From: Octopus sinensis
Taxonomy: Eukaryota
DNA length: 64,000 nt
Assembly: GCF_006345805.1 (NCBI RefSeq)
Contig: NC_042997.1
Location: 26,040,001-26,104,000 of the forward strand
Reading direction: 5' to 3'
Position 1 is the first letter of the stretch; each line of letters begins with the position of its first letter. The notes under the pieces are model-generated. The model saw only the letters and a list, made by a program, of their open reading frames with translations. It was not told where the DNA came from and did no database searches. Position numbers and translations under genes: made by a program. This document shows, in pieces, positions 11,911 through 26,300 of the stretch.

Positions 11911-14049
11911 GCTTTCTTTCTCTCACTTATTACTCTCCGCTTTTATGTTACACACCCCATGAAACCTATATAATTGATGGTAAATAGAGCAATTTAAGAT
12001 TAAACATGATGATTAAGAATACAACACAGAGTGAACGAAACTACCAGCCCTTAACTCTGATACGTTCCCTTTTGCATATTTCATTGAACTGTTTAAAGAA
12101 TTTCTTTTTTTATGATTTGCCAACGTTTCTTTTGTTTATATTTCCTAATAATAAGCATTTGTCTTTTAGTCTAAAATATAAATACGATCTTATGCTAACT
12201 TGAATCTAACTTTCGATCTTGGGAATTCATTGACAGATAAATCTACTGGTGAATGCTGTTTACCAAACCGCCAACACATAAGACAGAACGGAAATTGAAA
12301 AGTATTCAAAACTTACGTTCTATATTCCTTATTCGAACAGCTGATTTCTAATACTTCACCTATGTTTTTTCGACTTTATCTTTTTAGTGTTTATTTCATA
12401 TTTTATCTTGGAATTACCATATTCTTTTGAATCATTAACTGTCTTCTTTTTTATTTGATATATTTCGCTAGCTATATATAAGATGAATTATCAAATTTCC
12501 CTTAACTAATAGAAACGGATATTTCTTTCATTGTATGCTGCAATATTTTTTTACCACAATTCCTGTATGTTTTATTTAATATATTTTATATTTGTTTTAT
12601 TTCTAAGTCAGTTTGTAACATTTAAATGCAATCTACTCTTTGTAGCAATAAATCTTTAAAAGTATAATTATAAAACAAAGAAGAAATCTCGAGACGTTTG
12701 TTGCATTTTGTTACTTTCATTTCATTAGAATGTATAGAGATTGGATATATAACATTAGTTAGCTAAGACAAATTAACATCGCATATGTGCAGCCTTTTTG
12801 GATAAAACAAAACAAAAACCAAGATAAACCAAATGAAGGCTACAATTACAAACAATGTCTACCTGTAGATTAGATTCGTTCACAATATCTGGTTGCAAGA
12901 AGTAACATATATCATCAACTTCTCTCTACTTATTCTGTGTAAGAAATTAGCTCACGAAGGAAAAGAGAAAAAACATTACTACAAAAATTTAAAAAACAAA
13001 ATCCAGCCCTAAATATCAATATTAGAAGCTTTAAGTTGGCTACTTTGAACGATGATGTATCGTACAAAAATATACTGTTGAAAACGACATCTTGGTGAAC
13101 TTATATACGAAGCAACTACAAGATATTCACAGGAGAAGTACATAGGAATGTTACTGTTTAATGTCAGATATAGCATTTCTTTTTGATAAACATACAATTT
13201 AGATTCTTTGTAATATATAAATACAGGGGCTTATCCACAGAGTTTATCCTCGAAAGAAAACATTCCTCCTAGAAACGAAAAAATTAGTAGATTACAGCTA
13301 TTTATATATTACCACCATTGTTATATTCCCAACGGCTCTAGACGTAAAATAGGACAGTGCTAGATGGACTGGCTGAGAAGATATCGTCCTCAATAGATCA
13401 ATTCATTGTTGTCAATAATACATGTCACATCCAAATGAGCCGTAGTGATCTCAAGATCACAGTATGAGAGCCTCACTCCCTCACAAGTTGAGATTTAGTA
13501 TAAGAGGTTCAGGCAATTGGTAGGTCTTTTTTTCTAATCCAAACGTCTAACGGTAATGAGAACGATGAAAATAGGATTTTCTAAAATTAGGGGCATTTCT
13601 GAGACCACGGACCGGTCGATCATCTATATATCAACTTCTAGGCTGATCTATTTAGGAATATCGCTGCTAACTTCCATTTCACGTACATTTACAAGAAGGC
13701 TCTAGAAAAATGCGAGCGAATCAGAAGTAAATTTCGCATTTCGTTTGGACACCGTACATTTAAGCTACATATAGTGGTAATATCATTTCATATATATCCA
13801 CCTGAAAGCCTAGACGAGAAACTTAAGAAGATGCGTGAAAACATTAAGGACGAACCGTACCATCAAACTGAATATCACTGCCAATGTAACACCAAAGAAC
13901 AAAACAAAAAAGCTCGTTCTAATTGGTGGCCGCACATCCAGATTCTGCCAGGAAAACTTGTAATAGAAAATGTAATTAGAAAACAAAAAAATTGGAATCG
14001 AAAGGCAATTTCTAACCACTTTTTGGACTAGGTGCAGAACAGAAACTCC

Positions 14050-15900
14050 TTATAATCATCACCAAGTTTCGGACTTTAATGACTTCAAATCTACACCCAC
14101 ACGCCAATCATAATTATGTCATCACTCGAAAACCCGACAAAGGTTTTCTCATCCTCAACACAACAATAAATGCAGGAGGCTGCTGAGTGAATCACATTAG
14201 TCGACCTAAGGTCGCCATCTGTAGAAAATTCCCTAGCCATCTAGCAAAACAGATATAAAAAAAAATTCAACATCTTGAAATTTCAATGCAAAAGTTTCGC
14301 CAAAGAAATTTAAGAAACCAACCAAGCACAGCTGCCCAAAGATCCCAGTAACTTGACGCATGGAACATACTCCGAGACATTACAACAGAATGATTTAAAA
14401 AGAACTATCGGTTTTGCATGGAAGCAGGTTGTAGATTGGTATAGCTACTCTAGCAAAGAAATATCGGGCCACATCAATCAAAACCATATCACTAGAACAT
14501 GATTCAGTATTCAATGCAAAAAAAAAATCACTTCCTGAGCATCATAGGAAAATGCTGAATTCAGAACTGGATGGTCCAGCGTAGCTTTTGTTGAGAAAAG
14601 CCAAAGAATACGAAAATATACAGATGCCAATGACCTTTGCAACTTTAATGCAGTTGTCAGAAGCTCTACGTCTTATTGTCTTTTACAGTGTTGGAGAAAT
14701 ATCGCATGAAATCAACATCTTCGAGGGTTTCCCATTCACCAACAGATTGAAAAAAGCTTCCGCCCAGAACCCTTCCCTTTGTATCAAGCAGTCACACTGC
14801 ACTAGCTGTCAGTGGATATTAGGCATCGCTTCGATGGAGAATATTTTAACTTTTCCAGACTTCATTCATGACTGACCAATGTCTCTTAATTACTGATCTG
14901 CAGTATGCAAAACTATAATGCCTCAACAGCACATAACGGGTAGAGACGAAGCAGTCAGCTATCAATTAACTGACTGCCGATATCTAGAAAACCAAACTGC
15001 TGGTACCAAACTACAGTCGGTTAAACCTTGCAGTGTACATCAGCAGTATCTCGAGCATCCAACTTACTTTCAGCATACGAAGTTTTCAGATGCAATACAA
15101 ATCCGATAAGGATATGGAAAACGCGTTTCTTGTTGTCTAAGTATCATTAGGAAGGCTATGCCTCCACACCGACAAAAACAATTACAATTTAAAACAATAA
15201 ATCAAACTCAGGGTTTATCAGTCTGTCGTTGATGCAACATTATTTACGAATGAGAAACATGGCACTATCCAGGAGGATAGCAAGGGAGTTGAGGAACCTT
15301 TGATATTCATTGATGAATAACACTGCTGTCATTAAGAAAAGCTTAACACTATTCAGGCTACTACTAACAAACACTTAATTAGATGGACCGTATGTAACCG
15401 TATTAGTAAGTTTCGGTTTCCACAAGAATTTATCCGCTCCTATTCTCTCATCAGATCTCACATCAGCACACTGAGCACTATCTCTGTACAGAAACTCAAA
15501 AGGATGGCAAGGATGTTCCATATGAATGACAGATGTTCCTCAGGCCCCACTGATCTACAAGGGAACACACCTGAAAGGAAACCCGAAATCGAGATACCTG
15601 CCAAGGAAGAAAACACCAGCACTGATGGCCCTACCACAACCGATATCAACTTCCAAAGGTGCGAAAGAACCAATATAGGGCTAAAGAAATGATTAAAAAA
15701 AAAATAAAGGATGGCTTTAGAAGTAATAATGAAGCAAAAGACAAAAGACAGCCACTAAATAAAACGCAAAAAATCAGACAGTCAAAACGCAAAGACACGA
15801 ACAGTTAGGAAGCGCACACGTGTGTAAATTCTTCCTGTGTGGTGACTTCTGGCATGGACACGATGGTGCAAACTCTTTCTTCCTGAATCCAGAACGATAC
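14050..15900 (+). pseudogene. Possible decayed 5' part (APE endonuclease region) of the CR1 element
   Basis: LLSESH (EN motif II-like) near 14185 and contiguity with the RT below; many stops, weak support. Confidence 0.3.
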
Positions 15901-17960
15901 AACAGGTAAACGAAAAGCAAAAGTCTTTCTCCAAAAGACGCAGGAAGTCTCCAAAGAGGAAAACGTCGTGCATCACTTGCATCAAAGCTAACGTATGCCG
16001 ATGAAGTGCGCACTACTTCTAAAAACCAACTCAGAAGCTGTCATAAGGGTTGTAGCTAAGCAACCATCTTAGGATTAAACAAACTAGAGGAGGGAGTAAT
16101 ACACCCTATCCATTTGTCAGAAATAACTGAAGCACTCCCATGAGAAGGAAAGATCAGACAGAGAAGCCTGGGTCATAAGAAATAAGAAATCAGACCCTAA
16201 AGCTTTCTTTAGGTATACCAAGGAAACTGCCTCTGTGCAATGCAGAGTAGGACCACTCCTCTACAAATATGTCCCCTATCACGGGAAACCCTATGTGATT
16301 AAGTGAAACACTGAATGAATGTCTTCACCCCAGAATTCTTTATCACTACAGAAGCTGAAAAGGAGACAGTAACAATTGATCGCATCAACATCAAAGAAAA
16401 GGATGTTATGCAAGTAGTAGATGATATAGATGCAGACTCAATTGCTGGCCCTGATGGATTCAAAGTAATTCTCCTCAAGTCATGCAAACGAGTCCTTGCA
16501 AAACCATTGCAGCTACTTTTTCAGAGCTTCCTTGCAAATGGCAAGCTCCCGGACAAACTAGATGAGAGAATGATGTGCCCTATCCATAAAGGAGGAAGCA
16601 GATTAGATGTTAAAAACTATAGACCTATCTCTCTGACCTCACACATCAGCAATGTCGTGAAATGAATAGTCTGAAGGAAATTAATTGCATTCCTTGAAGA
16701 GAATGACTTATCTATTGACACCCACCATGGTTTTCGACCAGGTAGAAGCTGCCTGACACAGCTCTGGTAGCATTACGAGTGGTTGCTAAAGCAGCTGTTC
16801 AACAACTCCAATGTGGACGTGATATATCTCGACTTTGCAAAATCGACCATGGTATAATTTATTATAAGCTCCGACATTTTGGCATATTTGGAAAACATGG
16901 AGTATGGCTACATGACTTTCTAAAAGATAGAAATCAGGTAGTGGTGGTCAATTGGCACACCTCCAAGAAAACACAAATAATGTGTGGTGTTCCACAGAGC
17001 ACTGTCCTGGCGCCACTGCTATTCATTGTGGCCCTCTCTGATATGCCCTCAGCTGCTTAAGTAGCTATTCTTGCTAGCTATGCAGACGATACAAAAGTCT
17101 CTCAGAGATTACAGAACTCTGGAGACATTGTGAATCTGCAACCTGAGTTTGCACTCAATATACATTTGAGCTGAGGAAAATAACATGCAGATTAATGCTA
17201 CCAACACAAGAAGCTCAATGAAATTGAAACAGCATACACTGGCCCCGGAAGGATTCCAGTTCCCGAATCAAAATCAGTGCGTGACCTGTGCATCGACATG
17301 AGTTATGATGCATCTTTCCGGGTGCATATTACTAAGTTGGCAATAGAATGCAGACGTCTGGCCGGATTGATCCTTCGAACTTCAAAAACCATGATGGTCC
17401 ACTGGAAGACATTCGTTCTCAGCCGCCTGGATTACTGCTCTCAGTTATGATCACCAAATAGTGTAAAATTAACGATGGAAGCAATCCAGCGAAACTACAC
17501 AAATAAGATCGTTAAAATGTAACGTGTCAGCTACTGGAGGAGACTGAGAGAGTTAAGACTGTACTGCATGGAACGTAGTCGGGAAAGATATGCAATAATA
17601 TACATCTGGAAAATACAAGAGAAACTGGTTCCAAATTTTGGCATTGTCTCGTGCATAAAGAGAAGGACAGGGCGCTACTGCATGGTACCAAAGGTTCCGA
17701 CATTGCCATCAGGATTCAACACTAGATACTGCAGCAGCTTGGGTTTCAAAGGCCCACAACTCTTCAATATCCTACCACAAACCTGAGAGAACTCCATAAA
17801 TCTACTTGTGGGCAAGAAACACAGATAAGGGCAGAAAATTCAAACTCCGACATCCACCGAATGTCATATATCAGGGAAGGTTTAGTGAATGTGTCGCAAT
17901 GTAAACAGTGGTGCACTAGCGTGGCCGCAGTACTTCGACTGAAACTAAATGTAAAAAAAT
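15900..17960 (+). pseudogene. CR1-clade LINE ORF2 remnant (RT + C-terminus + 3' UTR)
   Basis: KSDPKAFFRY, AGPDGF, KNYRPISLTSH, HHGFRPGRSCLTQL, DVIYLDFAK, GVPQSTVLAPLLF, YADDTK-like, ERSRERYAIIYIWK..GPQLFNILP across frameshifts. Confidence 0.9.
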
Positions 17961-17984
17961 TGTAAATGTGTGTATAAATGTATA

Positions 17985-18408
<424 letters not shown>

Positions 18409-18409
18409 A

Positions 18410-18786
18410 CTAGCAGTATCGCTCGGCGTTGCTCGGGGTTTTTTCGACTATTTAGAACTGGAATTTTTGAAAAGTAAAAGTTTTGCATTATGTAGCTTGT
18501 CATTCTTTTTAAATGAACATTTTTCTGGTTGAGATACACAGAAAAATGGCGACACAGCAGTCAAAAATCGTAAGATATAGTGATTTTCATAGAAAAAAAG
18601 CACTGTTTTGATGTAAATAATTTTCGGTGTTAACATGGTCCGATTTGAATTTCTTTTTCTACGGAAGAAAACGCAAGCCTTCTTCTATCATACTTTCAAT
18701 TTTGGTCAACTTGCGCCGCAGGGTCTCGGAGGAGATAGTGTTAGTTGAAAGCTACCAAACCTGCCATACACAGACAACTACAGCTT

Positions 18787-18800
<14 letters not shown>
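18410..18800 (-). mobile_element. Non-autonomous Helitron, copy 3 (different interior)
   Basis: CTAGCAGTATCGCTCGGCGTTGCTCGGG 3' terminus; 5' end CAACTACAGCTTTATATA resembles copy 6; interior unrelated to copies 1/2. Confidence 0.75.
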
Positions 18801-18819
<19 letters not shown>

Positions 18820-19183
18820 CCAGAAATGGCTTCAAAGGATATCTAATCCAGACGGTTACTGTGTTAGCTCTTAGCTCCGTTCTCAATGCCAGCAAGCCAC
18901 AGCGAACGTTGGAGATACTCAACTTATTGAAAATTGGTTATTGTCTTCGCTTAGTAAATCCGAATATCCTTATAGGGACTGCATTATTTCCTTAAATTAA
19001 TGAAGATCAGGAGAATAGAGATTTGCACATGCATGTTTTATTATAGAGTTATTTCTTTGCTTGCATCTACGGTGGTTTCGGCTGCAAAAATCTGTTCACT
19101 GTTAAATGTGCATCTTGATGTTAATTTTACTGCTATTTGATATACATACATATATATACACTCACACACACACACACACACAC

Positions 19184-19227
<44 letters not shown>

Positions 19228-20257
19228 TATTTTAAGTCGAATTTCATTTAGACTAGGATTTCATGTTATGCCTAACAGCTTATTCAACCGGTGCATGTGT
19301 ATATGTCTAATGATGTACATATATACAGGCACTTATAAGTGTAAAAAACGTCTTTCTGTGTGTATCATATTTGTCTTTGTACGTGTTTGTGTATATTCTT
19401 GAGTGTGTGTGTGTATTTGCATGTGTATCGAGATTTTTACTCGAATATATTTAATTCTCCCTCTATATTTAACAATTTATGAATATAATGAAAATTTAAT
19501 CAATTGTATTCTTTCAATTGTTCCAATGCAAACAACAAGTACCTTTAGATAGATAAATAAACGAGTAACTAGGGAAAATAAATAAAATCTACAATCCAAG
19601 CAAAGATAGAAAACATCCCTGTTTTATGTATACTCCACGCTAATAACATAAAGAAGTTTTTCTACTTCAAAACATTCATTATTATCGTTATTATTGATAT
19701 TGCTGTTATTATTATTCTTGTTCTTGTTGTTATTGCTGTGGAGTTTGTCATTGTGGTTGTTATATTTTTGGGGATTTTTTTCCTCATTTACCTCCCTTCC
19801 TTCTAATGAATAGCTATATAAAAAAATGGTGCAAAAAAGAAAATATTAAAAAATGTAAATAACTAAAAGCAACATCAGAAGTAAAATGGGGTGGGATGAT
19901 CCAGTGTGGAGAATGTAAATAGATGTTTGTAAAGAAATATTTCCTTGAAAACTACTTTTTTAAATGCTTTATATTTAAAATGCATTTTATTGTATTAATG
20001 TTATTTATATATATATTTAAACAGATGTCTTCTTTTGTTTATTTTTTGCATTTTCTAAAAGAAAGCATACCTACATTAAATGCTTTCATTTTAAAAAATT
20101 CGTTGTATTTGCGGAAATATAAAAAAAAGTTTTTAAAAATGATAACAATAATCAATAAAAAGCCATACAAATTTTCACACAAAAACCTTTATATTTATTA
20201 CTATATAGATATAAGGATTATGATAATTTTCGATTATTAACAATATTCTTATTCTCA

Positions 20258-20295
20258 ATAATAATAATAATAATAATAATAATATAATAATAATA

Positions 20296-20393
<98 letters not shown>

Positions 20394-20395
20394 GT
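20258..20395. repeat. (AAT)n/(GAT)n compound microsatellite
   Basis: Directly visible. Confidence 0.95.
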
Positions 20396-21208
20396 CTTAA
20401 GAGCACTAAGTATTTCATAAGTAGAATAAAGTATTGTTTAGTTACACAGAGGCACACAGACACGCAGGCACACACAGACACACACACACACACACACACA
20501 CACCACACACACACACACAAACACGCACGCAGACAAACACACTCATACATATATAGACAAACAACAATTCTAGAGATATAACCAAATGGGTAAAAATGGG
20601 AAATGCAATAAAATGTGGGAAGCGAAAAAAGATGTGATAAACTTTTTCAAATACTTGTAGGAAGAAAAAATTCTTTAGAAAATGAAAAGCAAACATATAA
20701 CTATATATAATCACCAAAAATAAACAAAAACTAAAAATGCTATTGATCTCCTTCAGCCAACTTCTCCAAGTATGGATATTTAAATGAATTTTTATCCAAG
20801 CTTTCTTCTAAGTATCTCACGGAGGGCAGACTGCTTCTTCTACAAGTATCATGCATCTGCAAAAGTAGAATATGGTACAGCTGTGTAAAATGCTAAAGAA
20901 ACATACACGCACAGAGACACAGACACACAGACAGAAAGAGAGATAGACAACCAGCCAGACAGACACATACACACATATATATATATATATACACGCACAT
21001 ACCTACATACATATATACATACACACATATATATATAAATACATACAAACACACATATATATAAATAAATACACACACACATATATATATAGACACATAT
21101 ATAAAAATGCATACACACACACACACACAGATATATATATATAAATACATAAACACATATATATATACATATATATATACACGCACATACCTACATACAT
21201 AAATACAT

Positions 21209-21289
<81 letters not shown>

Positions 21290-21335
21290 CATACACGCAT
21301 ATTTATATATATGCATACAAATATTGCATACATGC

Positions 21336-21371
<36 letters not shown>

Positions 21372-23069
21372 AACGTATGACGTCCATACCAGAAATATAA
21401 ATATGACTATCATACATGAGCGTATGTGTGTATGTGGGTGTATAATCGCATTCATGAGTAACTGCACCCACACACACACACTTTTAAACTTAAACAAAGG
21501 CAAACGCCTGCGCGCGCAATTAGACGTGCCTTCTGAATGTGTGATAAAATAATCCAATAGGAATTGAAAGAGTTATAAAGAAATCAATGTAAGAAGTGTT
21601 CTTTTAAACAAAGATAAAGAACAACAGTGCAAATAAGCCAACAAAAGCACAATTGATGAAGTGGAATAGAATAGGACAGTTAAGATAGTTGCATTTGGAT
21701 AGTTGTATTTTCATTATTGTTTTGTCTTCGATTTATTATTGTTATAGTCGTCACTGGTGTTGTTATCTTTGGTATTTATTTTTTGTTTCCATCTTGTAAT
21801 TATCTTATATATATATATATATATATATATGATATTTATTTTATTTGATTATTGTTATTAAGTTGTTTTTGTTGCAGGTTTTTTTTTGCGTTATTCTTCA
21901 GCTGACACTCCATAAATAACAAAATGTGTCTCCTTAAAACGTATGTTATTGGCTTTATCATCGGTTTTAATCGCATCAAAGTAAATTAGATTTCTGCTTC
22001 TTTCTCGCAGGAAACCAATCGATTATAATTCAAGGCAGCCCTGAAAAATAAATGGAATGATAGAAATATGAATTTCGAGAGAATTTTTTCTCCCACATTT
22101 CATATGCTTACTACAAAGTCTAGCACACGCTACGCTAAGGAAACAAATTTACTAAAAGACAAATATGAACATCGTATAAATAAGCATTAGTATATGACAA
22201 CGGATTGTATAAATATAAATAGAGACTAAAACTAATAATAAAGTTAGGCGCCACGTACTTACGAAGCTAGGAATATACAAATATTTATTCCTATAAATTA
22301 TCTACCAAAAATTAAAAATATGTCAGTAGAGCAGTGGATATCTTGAAATACGTTATATAGAACACTGTTACTATAAAGCACAACGATAACATGCTCAGAG
22401 TGCAATGCTGCATGCCAAATGGTAAACTATTTTATGCTGGATTGTCTACTTGATTCTCTGTCAGATGAGCTGGACTATCTGAAACAATAACTATGTGTAT
22501 TGCATACAATCGTTTCACCGATTGTAGCAGCTGATCTCAGGATTGAACAACAATAAGTGCATCAATGAAAATTTGTCCATGGGTCTGTATTAAAAAACAT
22601 TATATGATATTATAAAATTTGTGTACACATTTCATGGGCGAAGTGAATTGTAAATAAAAAAGACACACATTAATGGTATGATTTCCAAACTATAGACCGA
22701 CACTTGATAAATCCGACCTGTAATAAATCTCTAAAATATTTACAGTATATATTCACATTTAGTATTAATCAATAAACCAAGATGAGATATTTTTTATTAG
22801 AACGCAGTGACCCTTGAAATTGGGAAATGAGACGTGTGACATTCTGGCGCTTGTGCTTTTTCTAAGAACATTGGAATACAGTAAATACAGTGAACTTCTG
22901 GTATTAGCAGACACATCACGCCACCGGGTTTAATACTACATCCGAGCTCATTGATGCATTTTGCTGAGTTCTCTATTATGCCAACGATAGAAGTAGAAGT
23001 ATTCTTCCGCCCCATCTGATAACTATTATGACATCACATCTCTCATGTACTTCTTTGGATACCAAGAAA

Positions 23070-23367
23070 TCTTTATATATAAAAGTGAAGTTGTGTGTCT
23101 GTCTCCTACGATTTAGATTCCTAACTACTCCCACATTTTGCGGTGCAGTGTAACCAAAAGCGGGTATCTTATAGTCGTGATTCATATCGAGCCCTTCTGG
23201 GTATTAGCGCGCGTCTACGATGAGTCTACGATTTAAAAAAAAAATTACCATCATTTTTTCCCATTTTTAATGCATTTTTTGCTATTATATAAGGGAAGTA
23301 ACTCTCTAAGAATGCTTATATAGTTATTTCCCTTACAAACCCGAGCAACGCCAGGCGATACTCCTAG
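23070..23367 (+). mobile_element. Non-autonomous Helitron, copy 4 (short form)
   Basis: A|TC...CTAG|T; lacks the internal duplication of copies 1/2. Confidence 0.85.
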
Positions 23368-23816
23368 TAAAATAATAAAATGAAATTCTGCGGTTTAATC
23401 TGCAAGCTATAATCAAACTTGAAAGTGAAAACTGTTTCGTTTTGTTTTTTTTTTTTGTATATTTGCCGATTTTACTCTCTTTTCAAATCACCTCTTCTAA
23501 CTAAATATCAGAATCAAACAATTCTAGATTTTCCGAATTGAAGTTTATGTTTCCCAATCCTCCAAGTGTATTTATTTCCTCTATCGATCCTGAAAGCTCC
23601 TCTATCAATTCATTGACCATATATCTCAATATCAAAGGTATCTCGTCTACATTAACCCAATTCAATTTTTTAGACATGTCTTCCACCATCGAAAATATCT
23701 ATTTCACTTCCCCTTCTCCACCATCACATTTACTAACAACTCTGCTAACATCAATGTCTACAACACTTTCTGGCTCTTACACTCTCTTCGTAATAACGCT
23801 GTTCGTTAGGTCTTGT

Positions 23817-24206
23817 GGAGGCGCAATGGCCCAGTGGTTAGGGCAGCGGACTCGCGGTCATAGGATCGCGGTTTCGATTCCCAGACTGGGCGTTGTGAGT
23901 GTTTATTGAGCGAAAACACCTAAAGCTCCACAAGGCTTCGACAGGGATGGTGGTGATCCCTGCTGTACTCTTTCACCACAACTTTCTCTCACTCTTACTT
24001 CCTGTTTCTGTTGTACCTGTATTTCAAAGGGCCGGCCTTGTCACTCTCTGTGTCACGCTGAATATCCCCGAGAACTACGTTAAGGGTGCACGTGTCTGTG
24101 GAGTGCTCAGCCACTTACACGTTAATTTCACGAGCAGGCTGTTCCGTTGATTCGGATCAACCGGAACCCTCGTCGTCGTAACCGACGGAGTGCTTCCATT
24201 CCATTT
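23817..24206 (+). mobile_element. tRNA-derived SINE, family C, full length
   Basis: 14-bp TSD TGTTCGTTAGGTCT at 23800-23813 and 24207-24220; CCATT-repeat tail. Confidence 0.9.
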
Positions 24207-24527
24207 TGTTCGTTAGGTCTACTACTGCACGCCTCAACGATACGAAGGCACCTCAAACAGCCTTATTGCTCTCTACATTCTAAAACCATTCTCTACCGAA
24301 CCTCACTGTCTTTTGCTCCTGTCGGGTGTCCAATCACTGCCTTATTGTAACTGCTGAACAATCCACATAATATAGTCTGCTACCTTTTCACAGACCCTGT
24401 GATACATCAAGTCGATTGTCTGAAAGCCCTTTCAGTTTTATGCTAATAATCCGAAGGATAACATGCACTTCATCCAGGATCTATCAGAAGCATCTAGACA
24501 GATGATTGAAACTATACTCTAAAGCAG

Positions 24528-24600
24528 GGGTTCCAAAACTATTTTTTCGCGGTGAACCACCAAAATAAGTTGTTTTTTTTTTCCAGTGGACGACCTCCAA
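24528..24600 (+). mobile_element. hAT-like left end only
   Basis: CTCTAAAG|CAGGGGTTCCAAAACT resembles the 5668 MITE end; no right TIR found. Confidence 0.35.
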
Positions 24601-25149
24601 TTTTAGATTTATTATAAAAGAACTGCTACTCATTAATATTAGATAAATATTACATACACACGCACAGACGTATATCCCTCTATGTACAGAAATAAGTTGA
24701 CGATCTTTGGGATGTTGAATCTAGCTATCTACTTCAGAATGTTTTACATATTTTCCCACCTTTGATATTTGCATTTGCCCGACCTGTGATAAATAGCAGC
24801 CAAATCTATTTCATATGCTCTATTCTTTCTTAAAAAAGGGAAAGATATACATAGAAGTTATTCGGTCCAGATCAGTCGTGCTCTGAACGAGCGAATATAG
24901 TTTACAAACTTTATATGTGACCGTACCAACTATCTGTCTATCTATGAATTCATTTTCCAGTGCATGCATACATTTTTAAGCTGGCACGGTATGAATGAAG
25001 AGTAAGTGGGATAGAGCGGGAGAAAGACAAAGTGAGAGAGAGAGAAAGAGAAAGAGAGAGTGGGGATGAGAGAGAAGAGGGAGAGTAAATTAGAGAGCGA
25101 TATAATATATTTTCTACCATAGGTACAAGGCCTGAAATTTGTTGGGCGA

Positions 25150-25310
25150 GGATTAGTCAATTACATCGACCCCTGTACCTGACTTGTACTTATTTTAGAA
25201 AGCCAGGATGGATGGAGAGCGAAGTTTGAACTCACAACGTTGAAAACCGGGGGAAAATGTCACAAAGCATTTTGTCCGGTACGATAAAGATTCTGATAGC
25301 TCGACACCAT
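25150..25310 (-). mobile_element. SINE family A, degraded
   Basis: TTACATCGACCCC...GAACTCACAACG...GCATTTTGTCCGG. Confidence 0.6.
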
Positions 25311-25630
25311 GGAGAGAAAGAATAACTTAGTCAAATGTTTATTTATATTTTTGTTTACTTCTGTATGTATACATTTTTGTATTTATTTTATCGCTTGAGA
25401 GAACTCTGATTACGGATTCAGAATATTGTACGAACTTATCAGATTTGGATGCAGAGAGTTGTTCATTTAGCATTGTTGTTCAGCTCCAAGTAGAGCGGTA
25501 TATTGCAACCTACACACACGCGCACACACGCACACAAACACGCACTCACACGCACACACACACACACACACACGCGCGCACACACACACACATAGAAGCA
25601 CATATGTATAGCTCCCTCTCTCTCTCTCTC

Positions 25631-25667
<37 letters not shown>

Positions 25668-25680
25668 TCAATAATAAATC

Positions 25681-25841
25681 TCATTTGACTGCGGCCATGC
25701 TGGGGCACCGCCTTTAGTCAAGCAAATCAAGACCAGGACTTATTCTTTGGAAGCCTAGTACTTATTCCATCGGCCTCTTTTGCGAAACCGTAAAGTTACA
25801 GTTACGTAAACACACCAGCATCTGTTGGTTGGAAAAACACA
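25681..25841 (-). mobile_element. SINE family B, 3' half
   Basis: CATTTGACTGCGGCCATGCTGGGGCACCGCC...GTAAACACACCAGCATC. Confidence 0.8.
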
Positions 25842-25855
25842 TATATATATATATG

Positions 25856-26116
25856 TATATTAGAAAAATTGAGGTAATCAGATCAGATGGTTCATATTTG
25901 TAGATATTTTTTATATATTACATTTTTTACATATATATCATATCATTCGGATTAGCGCTTGCTCCCATTCTAGTGGGTTTTCAAATTTGAAAACCCACTA
26001 GAATGGGAGCAAGCGCTAATCCGAATGATATGATATATATGTAAAAAATGTAATATATAAATAAATATCTACAAATATGAACCATCTGATCTGATTACCT
26101 CAATTTTTCTAATATA
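25856..26116. repeat. 261-bp spacer-less palindrome
   Basis: Arms 25856-25985 and 25986-26116 are reverse complements apart from one 1-nt indel; centre TCAAA|TTTGA. Confidence 0.97.
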
Positions 26117-26256
26117 TAATACCTGTACATCATCTCCAAACCTTCCGATATATATATGGTATATATACGTATATATATATACGTATGCATGTGTGTGTGT
26201 GTGCGTGTGTGTCTGTGTTTTTCCAACCAACAGATGCTGGTGTGTTTACGTCCCTG

Positions 26257-26300
<44 letters not shown>

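Noticed and set aside
22000-22060. Strong polypyrimidine-CAG acceptor at about 22010
   Set aside because: All frames stop within 14 codons and no upstream exon is supported
22797-23015. Minus-strand ORF with IKPGGVMCLLIP, resembling a methyltransferase LKPGG motif
   Set aside because: Single short motif, no other SAM-binding motifs or good splice donor
23501-23800. Acidic minus-strand ORF (MVEDMSKK...)
   Set aside because: No recognisable domain; interrupted by stops and a SINE; probably decayed TE
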